64,000 nt of DNA from Octopus vulgaris (taxonomy: Eukaryota): the NCBI GenBank assembly GCA_951406725.2, contig OX597828.1, forward strand, positions 58,714,001 through 58,778,000. The letters run 5' to 3'. Made by a program: the position numbers and the translations under genes. Below the pieces are notes generated by a model that was given only the letters and a program-made list of their open reading frames with translations, had not been told where the DNA came from and made no database searches. Shown in pieces: positions 15,378 to 27,300 of this stretch. The first letter of the stretch is position 1; every line of letters starts with the position of its first letter.

Positions 15378-15512
15378 TCATAAACTACCTCCACCAATAT
15401 CTCCAAATATATATTCTAGTGCAGCCTGTATATCTCCACCTGCTTCTTGGAGAGCATGTAGTGCCAAACCTTCATCTGTGATACCCATGTCACGAAGCTG
15501 TTGGAGCTGGGT
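15378..15512 (-). CDS. UBL7: UBL7 last coding exon (UBA domain)
   Basis: TQLQQLRDMGITDEGLALHALQEAGGDIQAALEYIFGDIGGGSL then TGA. Confidence 0.93.
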   Translation of the reverse strand, partial: TQLQQLRDMGITDEGLALHALQEAGGDIQAALEYIFGDIGGGSL

Positions 15513-18500
15513 CTAAAAACAATTAAAGAAAGTACAGCTTAGTTTTAAAATATATTTTCAAAGCGAAAAACGAAAACTACTTGGTCATCCATGCTGACAC
15601 AGGATTGATAAACTTGAAGAATTAATAGTTGCTTCTTCATAATTCTTAACTTGTATATTTCCATAGACTACATCATCATCATCATCGTTTAACGCCCATT
15701 TTCCATGCTAGCATGGGCTGGACGGTTCGACCGGGGTCTGGGAAGCCAGGAGGCTGCACCAGGCTCCAGTCTGATCTGGCAGTGTTTCTACAACTGGATG
15801 CCCTTCCTAATGCCAACCATTCCATGAGTATAGTGGGTGCTTTTTATGTGCCACCGGCACAGGGGCCAGAGGAGACTGGAAATACACATTCCAATAATAA
15901 CTGTGTAACAAAATTTTAATTTCTTTTTACCTGTCTTTTGGTCAGTAAGTGTTATTTCCTATTTGCCTCTCTTTAGAAATCAAAGGAAATGACTACAATT
16001 CCCTTCAAACTTTGCTTTTCTTATCTGGACATCAATGTCTTGAAACTGACCCATTTTCCATTACATTTCAGACAGATTCAGCACTGAGCTGCTGAAGAAG
16101 AAATACCTATTTCTTTTCTACTCACAAGGGGACAAACAAGGACAGACAAACGGATTAAGTTGATTACATCGACCCCAGTGCATAACTGGTACTTAATTTA
16201 TCGACCCCAAAAGGATGAAAGGCAAAGTCGACCTCGGCGGAATTTGAACTCAGAACATAACGGCAGACGAAATACGGCTACACATTTTGCCCAGTGTGCT
16301 AACGTTTCTGCCAGCTCGACGCCTTATTTCTGCTGAAGCAGAAATACCATTATAGAAAATATTCTGCTCAATACCACAGATTTCCTTGTCAGTTGCTTGA
16401 CCATAACCACTTAAGCATGTCCCTTAGTAGGCTGACAACATGTGCATCTCTGATCATGAGCGGGAGTGGTGGAGGAGCACCTTATTCATGTGTTTATAGG
16501 GGTTCTGAAGGGTTTGAATAAATGTAACAAAAGCAAAGTTTGAAGGAAATGTTAGCCATTTCTCATACTTTCCAGGGGTCAGCAAATAGGAAATACAAGT
16601 TGCTCCCCATGGACAAAATTCGGGTCATACAGTGTAATAATTGTTTCTGATTTAGGCAGAAAAGCAGTAAGTTTGAAGGGAAGGCTAAGTCAATATCAGT
16701 GACCACAGAACTTGATTGAGACTTCATAGTATTGACCTCCACAAGGATGAAAGGTAAAGTTGGCTCCTGTCAAATTTGAACTCAGATCATAAAGAAATAC
16801 CATGAGGCATTCTTTCCAACAATTTTGCCAAAAGGGCAGCCATTTTGGGGGACGGGATGAGTCGATTGCATTGACCCCAGTGTTTAACTGGTACTTAATT
16901 CATCGACCCCCAAAAGGATGAAAGGCAAAGTCGACCGTGACAGAATTTGAACTGGGAACATAGTGACAGGCGAAATGGTTAGCACACCAAGCAAAATGCT
17001 TGGTATGCTAACCATTCTGCTAATAATAATAATCCTTTCTACTATAAGCACAAGGCCTGCAATATGGGGAGAGGGGGCTAGTTGATTACATCGACTCCAG
17101 TGCATAACTGGTACTTATTCCCCCCAGGATGAATGGCAAAGTCAACCATGGCGGAATTTGAACACAGAATGTTTAAACAGATGAAATGTTGGTAAGCATT
17201 TTGTCTGGCATGCTAACAATTCTAGCAGCTCACCACTTTACTAATAATACTAATAATGGTTTCAAATTTTGGCACAAAACCAACAATTTCAAGTCAATTA
17301 CAACAACCCCCAGTGCTCAACTGGCATTTATTTTATTGACCCTGAAAGGATGAAAAGCAAAGTCAACCTCAGTGGAATTTGAACTCAGAACTTAAAGATG
17401 GGAAAAGATGCTATTAACCCATTCTGCCAGCTTGCTGCCTTCCTCCTCTTCCTACTAATGAATGATGATGATTAACAATCATTAGGACTGATGGACGAGC
17501 CAACAAAATCTTTAAGTTGCATGGAATGGAAATGTTATTAAATAAATAATATACACATCTTCCTCTTACCTGAGTAGCAACATACTGAGCGTGTACCATG
17601 GCTTGTTGGAAGAAGTCACTACTGATGGGTGGTGAAGCACCAATACTATCAGATGTTGATGCTGCATCCTACAATATTAACAAAAAAATAATTATAAGGC
17701 AGAGAAGGAAAAGGAGGAAATCATAAAAGCAGAAATACTATATTTCCTTTGACACGCCGGGCGAAATGCTTAGCGGTATTTCGTCTGCCACTATGTTCTG
17801 AGTTCAAATTCTGCCAAGGTCGACTTTGCCTTTCATCCTTTCGGGGTCGATAAATTAAGTACCAGTTACATACTGGGGTCGATCTAATCGACTTAATCCC
17901 TTTGTCTGTCCTTGTTTGTCCCCTCTATGTTTAGCCCCTTGTGGGCAATAAAGAAATGATATTGAACTCACAACGGCTGAGTCAATCAGCTGACGGTCTT
18001 CCCAACATGAACCTAGCCAGGCAGAAAACAGAAATGATGCATTTAATAAATGAAAAAACTGTTCAGATTCTGACAAAAAGCTCTTAAGAGCTAAACAGAG
18101 ATTACCTGTTGGTCAAAATAGCAGAAACATCTCGAGAAAACCTGCGTTCGTGCATTTCTATTGCTTTTAGATTTTTTTCCTGTTTTTCAGCTACTATTTT
18201 CGGAAAGACTTTTTGCCCCCTCCCCCTCCAATTTCTTCATTTTTCACTTTTTTCCATAACTCTAACCCTAAAATTCCAATCCTAACCCTTACCCTAAAAC
18301 CCCAACCCCAACCCTAACTCTAAAAACCTAACCCTAAAACCAGTACAAATGCACAAACAATGTCATAAATAACAGTGACAAATGAAATATACACCACCGA
18401 TAGTTGTTGTTGTTGACAAACAATGGCAGTAATTTTATTCAGTTGAATACACGTCATTGATTGGTTGAAATTACCGAAATACGACTAACTTAACATGAAA

Positions 18501-18800
18501 TAACTTTGGAAATATAAACTTTTCTCAACGACACTAAGAGAAATAGATGTTTTATATGACACATTCTACCAGTGTCCGAAGTTTGAAAGTGTTTAGTTAC
18601 AAAAAATTAATTTCTCGATCTGCCATTCAAAGGGAAAAGATCCAAATATTCTTTTAAAAAACCTTTCATTTAATTTTACCAAAATTTGTTTTCCATACTT
18701 GTTGAAAAAGTCTCAATGACTGAAACTGGTACTAAAATGGTTTTTATGATAAAATTATTTTAGCATTTTCTACCTTGTCTTATTTTCCTTATCTATATAC

Positions 18801-18881
<81 letters not shown>

Positions 18882-21800
18882 CATAAATATATACATACAG
18901 TTCTATATTTAAGAGAAGAGGAATTATGTACATTATTCACATTATTTACATTTGACAGATATTTGTCCTCATCTTATTTGTTGTTACCACAACCTTTCAG
19001 CTAATATATCCTCCAGCCTTCATCAGGTGTCTTGGGGAAATATCGAACCTGGGTTCTCATTCCTGAGGTATTTTTCGATATTATTATTACTACACTCTCA
19101 GAGTGGTTGGCGTTAGGAAGGGCATCCAGCTGTAGAAACTCTGCCAGATCAAGATTGGAGCCTGGTGCAGCCATCTGGTTCGCCAGACCTCAGTCAAATT
19201 GTCCAACCCATGCTAGCATGGAAAGTGGACAGTAAACGACGATGATAATAATGATTATTATTATTCAGGTCACTGCCTGGAATTAAACTTGTAATCTTGG
19301 GGTTAGTAGTCCGTGCTCTTAACCACTATGCTATATGGCATAGTGGTTAAGAGCGCTGGCTACTAACCCCATATATAAAATATATACATACATATATACA
19401 TAAATATACATATATTGATAGCCGCGCCTCTTTACTTTCACCTCCTTCTCCAAAAAAAAATTTTTTTTCTTTTTCCTCCCTTGCTTGGCAAACCCCAGAA
19501 AATTCTTTTTAAAAAGGCCAAGAAGTCTAAATTTGAACCATTTTTTGATAAATCCGATAGCATAAAAAAGTGCTAAAAATGTAAATATGATGTAAATAAA
19601 TAAAAGAATATACACAATCATTGGCGGTGCCCCAGCATGGCCACAGCTCATGAGCTGAAACTAGAATCAATCAATCATTCAACATTCTGACACCCTTATT
19701 ATTCTAAATATATATAATGGTCATTTTTTTTAGTTTCTGCTTGCCAAATCCACTCACAAGGCTTTGGTTGGGCCGAGACTACAGTAGAACACTCTTGCTC
19801 AAGATGCCATGCAGTAGGACAGAACTCAAAACCATTTGGTGCGGAAGCAAACTTCTTATCACATAGCCACGCCTCACCCATTATTTACTTTTGAAATTAA
19901 TTCAACAGAAATATATTAAGAAAAGAATGTTATCAGCCACAGCATACAGAATGATGTGTGTGTGAGTGTATGTGTGTGGGGGTGCACATTTGTGTGTGGA
20001 AGCATGCTGCACATTTCCAGGCACTTTGGGATAGTATTTGAAGACTAAATACATATAGCAACTCGGTTGTATGGAAACTATTCTTCTGGTAGAATTTGAA
20101 TGAATCCTTGCAAATCAAAAAACACTACCGGTCAATTGTATAGCGTTTCTGCTGTTTACAAAACACGGGGTAAAATTATTTGATGATAAAAATTCCCATG
20201 AGAAGAGATCCCTAACAATGCTCTGTGAATATGGCCACAGCATATATCAACAGTAACACATTTAAGGATTAACAAACTCGTTTATATTTACACTATGATT
20301 TCATGAGTTTGATCTGTAATTGTCATCAGGTGTCTTGGAACCAAATATGATAATCCCAGACAGGAATTGAACTCAAAACTTTTATATCTTAATGAACTGA
20401 GCTACATGCACGGTGGTCAGACTAAATCCATTCTAGATGCACTCTTTCTTACAAACAATTTAAAAGCAGAAAAAAAATACCAACATTGTTACCAAGCCAA
20501 CTAGGGTGCCACTACAGGATCACAGAACTTGCTAGAAATAACAGCTAAATCTTCCTCAGCACACACACACTGCTAATTTCAAAAAAGGATGGACATATTG
20601 TATAATGCAAACCAGTGGCCATTGCCAGTACTACCTGACTGGCCCTCGTGCCGGTGGCACGTAAAAAGCACCCACTACACTCCTGGAGTGGTTGGCATTA
20701 GGAAGGGCATCCAGCTGTAGAAACTCTGCCAGATTAGACTGGAGCCTGGTGCAGCCATCAGGTTTGCCAGTCCTCAGACAAATCGTCCAACATGTGCTAG
20801 CAGGGAAAGCAGACGTTAAACGATGATGATGATGATGAAAGCTTTAGAAATGCAATTGCTAACAATAATAAAAGTCTGTGGATTCATACATCATCAACCA
20901 TTCTTGCTCTATAATGTATTACAAAACTAAAGAAGGGGAAAATATCAAATACTTTAGAAATGCTTAGTAAAATAAACAAATAAACGTTGTTTGATCCTGC
21001 TGTGTTATGCTTTACAGTATTATATTTTTAGAAATTGATGTGAAGTTTCATTACTTACAGACATTCGAGCTCCTGATGTTGATGGGTCAGAAAAACCTGC
21101 TGGTACACTGGCCGCAGCAAGAGCCGCAGCAAGCTGTGAAGCTGTTATACCCTGAATAGAGCTTCCGTCAAGCTAAATAAAAAGGAGAGAGGAACCACGG
21201 ATTAAGAACCACAGATTTTCTTTTCTCTTTAGTAATGAAGGAATGAAGAGCAAAAATAATTTTGTTAAGATGCAATTCAGAGATAGATATTTAGCTAATA
21301 AAGTAAAAATCTAGCTTAGATCAATACTATCAATACCAAATTTACTACTCTAGACAAGAATTTTATTACTTTTATGAATTTTATAACCCATTTTCCTTAT
21401 TTTACTTGGGCCTGCAAGTTACTTGATGAACTCAATATCAGCATCACAAACCAAAAACAATAACAGCTTCTGTAAAGTGGTTGGTGTTAGGAAGGGCAGC
21501 CAGCAGCAGGAACCCTACCAAAGCTAACATTGGGGCTTGATGCAGTTCTGTAGCTTATCAGATCCTCTCAAACAATCCCATCATTGCCAGCATCGAAAAA
21601 TGGACATTAAATGATGATGGTGATGATGAGGATAATTTAGTCATAACACAAAGTCTAAAGGCTTTGATTATTCACTGGTGTATTGAGAAGTTGGCTTAGC
21701 AGAGTCCTTTCCTACCCACATTATCCTCATAGTAAAATGTTGACTTGAGCAGTTAACAAAAACATTTGTGAATTTTAAGGTGCTTTTGATGTTTACAGTG

Positions 21801-23786
21801 TTATTTCTCTGGTTGAGCTTGCTTGAATTTGTCCAACTTGATCCCATTTTCTAGATCATCCACCACAACCCTGCATAGCAAGGCAACATTCAGGGTTGAG
21901 ACAGATCTGGTCAATGAAAGTTTGTTCCTACTGGACTGACAATCTCTGTTGATCCATGTCAGACTGTTCATAGCAAAGACTCACTAACGAGTTCTTGTCT
22001 AACTCTCCAGCAATGTCCTGCATTTTAACATTCGTGTGTTATACTTACCTGTAAGGGTGACTGTTCTTGGGTATGAAGTGGTGATGCAGATTCTTCATCA
22101 TCTGACATTTGATCAAGAGAGTATGCAGCTGGAAGGAAAAAAAAAAAAAAAAAAAAGAATATACATTGAGTTATGTAAGAATATACATTAGTATGATCAG
22201 AGCAGAAATATATCAGCATGGCTAAAGAGCTTATCAGTAAATTCAAGACTGTTCTATTTGAGCTGAAAACCTAATAACATTACTTCTACAAAAGGTGGAG
22301 AGCTGGCAGAATTGTTAGCATGCTGGACAAATTGCTTAGCAGCATTTTGTCTGTCTTTACGTTCTGAGTTCAAATTCTGCCACGGTCAACTTTGTCTTCC
22401 ATCCTTTCGGAATCAATAATTGCTGGCCTTCTGCCAAACTTTGGAATCAATATTAGTTCTATACTTCCGAAATTTGAAAGTTTACGTTGTATTTCAACAA
22501 CTCTAAACTTCCCAACCAAATATTAATTCCCAAATTTGAAACGAAGGAAAAGATACAGGCAACAAATTTATCCTTACATAGAATTTTAATTTCTTGAACT
22601 TGGATAGAAGACCAGCAAAGACTGTAATATAATTTACTCTTTTACTTGTTTCAGTTGTTTGACTGTGGCTATGCTGGAGCACCGCCTTTAGTCGAGCAAA
22701 TCGACCCCAGGACTTATTCTTTGTAAGCCTAGTACTTATTCTATCGGTCTCTTTGGCCGAACCACTAAGTTACGGGGACGCAAACACACCAGCATCGGTT
22801 GTCAAGCAATGTTGGAGGGACAAACAGACACACAAACATATACACACATATATACGATGGGCTTCTTTCAGTTTCCATCTACCAAATCCACTCACAGGGC
22901 TTTGGTTGGCCTGAGGCTACAGTTGAAGACACTTGCCCTAGGTGCCACGCAGTGGGACTGAACCTGGAACCATGTGGTTCGTAAGCAAACTACTTACCAC
23001 ACAGCCACTCCTGCGCCTATAAATTTAGTTCAATATAACCTTAATACCAAGTAGAAAAGCACTCACCTGAAGACAAAAAGCTCTCCCCAGCCTTAGCTCC
23101 CTGTTCATTGACAGTGGCAGCTATCAACTGGGCAACATGATAAAATGCAGGATGTTCATCGATTATTCTGAAAATTCAAATAAAAATACAATTTAATTAA
23201 GCATTTCAATGTAGAGTCTGAAGCATAGCAGAACAGTTACATATTTAGAAATGAGTAATACGTCATCTCCTCTCACTGCTACTCCAGGGGTTTTTACTCC
23301 TTGGAGTATACTGGTTTCATAACACTGCCTGCACTTTGCTACTCCTGACTCACACATCTGTCTTTCTCTCTCTCTCTCTCTCTCTCACTCATCTTGACAC
23401 CTATATAGTATCTATCCACTCACTTCCAAGTCCTGCATTAACCCCCATACCCAGTCCTTCTTCCCCAGGATGTTGGTCCTCTGGAAACTAGTGAAGTAGA
23501 TGTGGTTTTCCATTAACCACATCTACTTCACTATGTACATATATACATACACATCATATATATATAAAAGGCGGTGAGCTGGTAGAAACGTTAGCACGCC
23601 GGGTGAAATGCTTTGCGGTATTTCGTCTGCCATTACGTTTTGAGTTCAAATTCCGCGGAGATCGACTTTGCCTTTCATCCTTTCGGGGTCGATAAATAAG
23701 TACCAGTTACGCACTGGGGTCGATGTAATCGGCTTAATCCCCTTGTTTGTCCCCTCTATGTTTAGCCCCTTGTGGGTAGTAAAGAA

Positions 23787-23838
<52 letters not shown>

Positions 23839-24293
23839 TTCTTTACTACCCGTCCTGTCTCTCACTGTTATATATTTATTTTTCAACTGTTTATATATAA
23901 TTTTTTTTTACTGTTTATATGTTTGTACTGTCGTTACCGTCTTGCTTTTTTTACCATTTTTTACCCCTCTGCGAAAAGATCTCAGAATTTTAATTGATTT
24001 GCTTTTCGCAGGAAGGAAGTTTCTTCGAAGTATACGTCTCGCTTTTATCCTTCGAAACGTAGAGTAGATGAAACCTTAGCGACTGAAGAAGGGGATTTTT
24101 CGTTGTGCTTATTGTCCTGTATCTCTTTTTTTCTTTTTTGCTTGTCCTGTTCCTTGGTTTGTGTCTATGTTTTTCGTCTCTCTATGTGTTCGACGTCTTT
24201 TTGGTGTCCTGTACACATATATGCGTGTATATGTACATGTAGAGGTAGGTACGTACATATATGTTTATATATATGCATATGTTCTATTATATT

Positions 24294-24330
<37 letters not shown>

Positions 24331-27300
24331 CTGAAGTTGTCTGCAGCTCTTGCTGCGGCCAGTGTACCAGCAGGTTTTTCTGACCCATCAACATCAGGAG
24401 CTCGAATGTCTGTAAGTAATGAAACTTCACATCAATTTCTAAAAATATAATAGTGTAAAGCACTTTTGGCAGTCCATAAAAAAGCGCCTGTGCAATACCA
24501 CGTGTGGTGCCATGTAAAAGTACCCTGCACACTCTGTAAAGTGGTCAGCATTAGGAAGGGCATCCAGTAGTAGAAACCCTGCCAAATCAGAGTGGAGTCT
24601 GGTGCAGCTCCTCAGCCTGCCAGCTCTGGTCAAACCATCCAACCCATGCCAGCATGGACAACAAACATTAAACGATGATGATAATGATTTCAGAATTTAA
24701 TATCACAAATAATATAAAAATTTGCTTACTGTCGAATTTGCTTTGTTTTATGCAGCTGGAGTAAGAGTTTCAAATCCTGGAACATTACTAAAAGACAATG
24801 TGAAAGAAAAGATGTTATTCAATTACCCATTTATTGTGTGATGATGATAAAAATTTTAATTAAATGACAGGTGAGGTTGTTTTGTGAACCTGTCCAAATA
24901 AATCTATTCCACTACAGCATGGGAAAGCAAATAAATATGATGGTAGTGAATGCCATAAGGTGCAAATATTAGATTTATCAGGATAAGGCAAATGGAATTG
25001 CCTAAAAAAAACCCAAAAATCTCACAAGTCTTCAAAAAATTTGCATAGTCCAACAGTTCAGAGATCAGGAAGAATCTTGAAAGTTGCACATTTATACCAT
25101 TACATAGAGTTCAATTGAACACCATATTTTCCAACATAAGTAGAATTTTCAGACCAAAATTGTGAAAAATATAAAAAAAAGAGGGGGATGTTGACTTATA
25201 CATCAAGATGGCTTTGGCAGACCAGAATTTGGAAAAATAGTAATGATGTTTGAATGCTTAAACCAAGCAACAGATTAAGTCTATCGCCCAGAATTCAGAA
25301 CACAAAGAACCAGAAAAAAAAAAAAAAATCATGTGATGCCTTTAACAATTCTGCCAATCCACATTCTGGACTGGCACTTTATTTTACTAATCACCCTACC
25401 CACAAAAAAAAAAAAAAAATCTATCATTTCCTCACACATCCTTCTTCTCTTCTCTGTTGGCACCTCTATCTCTCATTACTAGCATGCATCTCTCTTGCTC
25501 TTCTCCATTACCTCAACCATCATTGCCTCTCCTCCATTACTCCTTTCTATCACAATATCACTGACACTGATTCTCTTCTTGTTCTCTGCCACAACTCTAT
25601 TATCCCTCCCATTAGCCAGGTTATTTCTATTCACTCTTTCAGCAATCCCAAAGATGCCACCTCACAGTCAGGGTGTTTTTATGCAATTTTTTTTAACAAC
25701 ACTGCCCCTCACACTCTTCTGTCATGCTTTCACACCTAACAACCTGGCCCACCTTTATTACTCTCTTCTATCACTCTCCCATTCTGGTTGTCTTCGACAA
25801 CTTTCTCCCTTCTCTCACTTTTACTCCTTGCTCTTATCATCCTGGCTCTCTTCTATCACTTCCTTTCTTTCCCTCAGCCATCTGTGAGGGAAAGAAAGGA
25901 ATGAATAATGAGAGACACTGCAAAAAAGAAAGGATCATTCAGTCTGTATTTAGTTGAGGACAGGACAACCTTGTTAGAGTTAATCATCATCATCATCATC
26001 GTTTATCGTCCGCTTTCCATGCTAGCAGGAGTTGGATGGTTTGACCGGGGTCTGGGAAACCAGGAGGCTGCACCAGGCTCCAGTCTAGTCTGGCAGTGTT
26101 TCTACAGCTGGATGCCTTTCCTAACGCCAACCACTCCATGAGTGTAGTGGGTGCTTTTTACGGCCACGATTGGTTGGTGCTTTTTATGTGCCACTGGCAC
26201 GGAAGCCAGTCGAGGCGGCGCTGGCAATGGCCACGTTCGGATGGTGCTTTTTATGTGCCACCAGCATTGGTATCACAACTAAAATTTCCATTGATTTTTG
26301 GTCGATGAAGAAAAGGTAACAATGAAAGGTAGGGAGAACTCTTTAGTCTCAGCAGAGACAAGACAACCTATTTGATTCCAATGCTGCAATAAATGTACTT
26401 AGGGAGAGTCAGTGAAGTAATTAGCTAGAAGGGCATTTAGATACAGAAACCATGATCCAAATGGAATGTGGTTCCAGGTTCATTTAGGAGGAAAGTAACT
26501 GAAAATAACAACTGATTCAAACTGTAACAATCAGTGCAACCCATATAGCCATAGTAGACGTATGATGGTATGACAATGTTTATTCGAGCGTGATCGTTGC
26601 TAGCATCACCTTACTGGCACCTGTGCCGGTGGCATGTGTAAAAGATTCGAGCGAGGTCGTTGCCAGTACCACCTGACTGGTCCCATACCAGTGGCACATA
26701 AAAGCACCCGCTACACTCTCGGAGTAGTTGGCGTTAGGAAGGGCATCCAGCTGTAGAAACTCTGCCAGATCAGACTGGAACTGGTGCAGCCATCTGGTTC
26801 ACCAGCCCTCAGTCATTTGTCCAACCCATGCTAGCATGGAAAGTGGACGTTAAACGATGATGATGATGATGATGAAAAAGACTTAAGATAAGTAAAATAA
26901 CTTACTTAAAACTGTCATATCATTGGCAAGACCAGGTGTAGTAAGGATTAGGTTTTCCACAGCATCAGAGTCCATCAACATATTTTCAACCTGTAAATTA
27001 ATCCATATTTACAAATTCCAACATAATTTCAAGGGAATTTTCTTGAAACCCTATTATTTGAATACATGTAAATGATATTTTATGTCAAACATGATTACAT
27101 TCTGTTGTTTCTTCTTTTTCCTTGTGCCATCAGGATGCTAAAAATTATTATATTACATTTACAAGGCACTCAACTAATAAGTTCAGTATTATTATTATTA
27201 TTGAGTGAGAGAGCAGAGCATGCCATCAAAGTGACACTGGGGTAAAATATACAAAGCCCAGTATACCCATCATGACTACCCGTCTGATAAGGGTACACCA

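Noticed and set aside
18255-18340. Interstitial telomeric repeats (CCCTAA)n
   Set aside because: Degenerate, and an internal part of the GGATCTTTTC MITE family (also at 30575 and 33547)
23960-24110. Hammerhead ribozyme (CTGAAGA and CGAAAC motifs, nearby hairpin)
   Set aside because: The motifs are in the wrong order and I could not build consistent stems; probably a Penelope-like remnant
24103-24450. Plus-strand ORF containing AALAAASVPAGFSDPSTSGARMS as a second gene or alternative exon
   Set aside because: It is the inverted partial copy of UBL7 exon 8, antisense to the gene, and is preceded by microsatellite-derived codons
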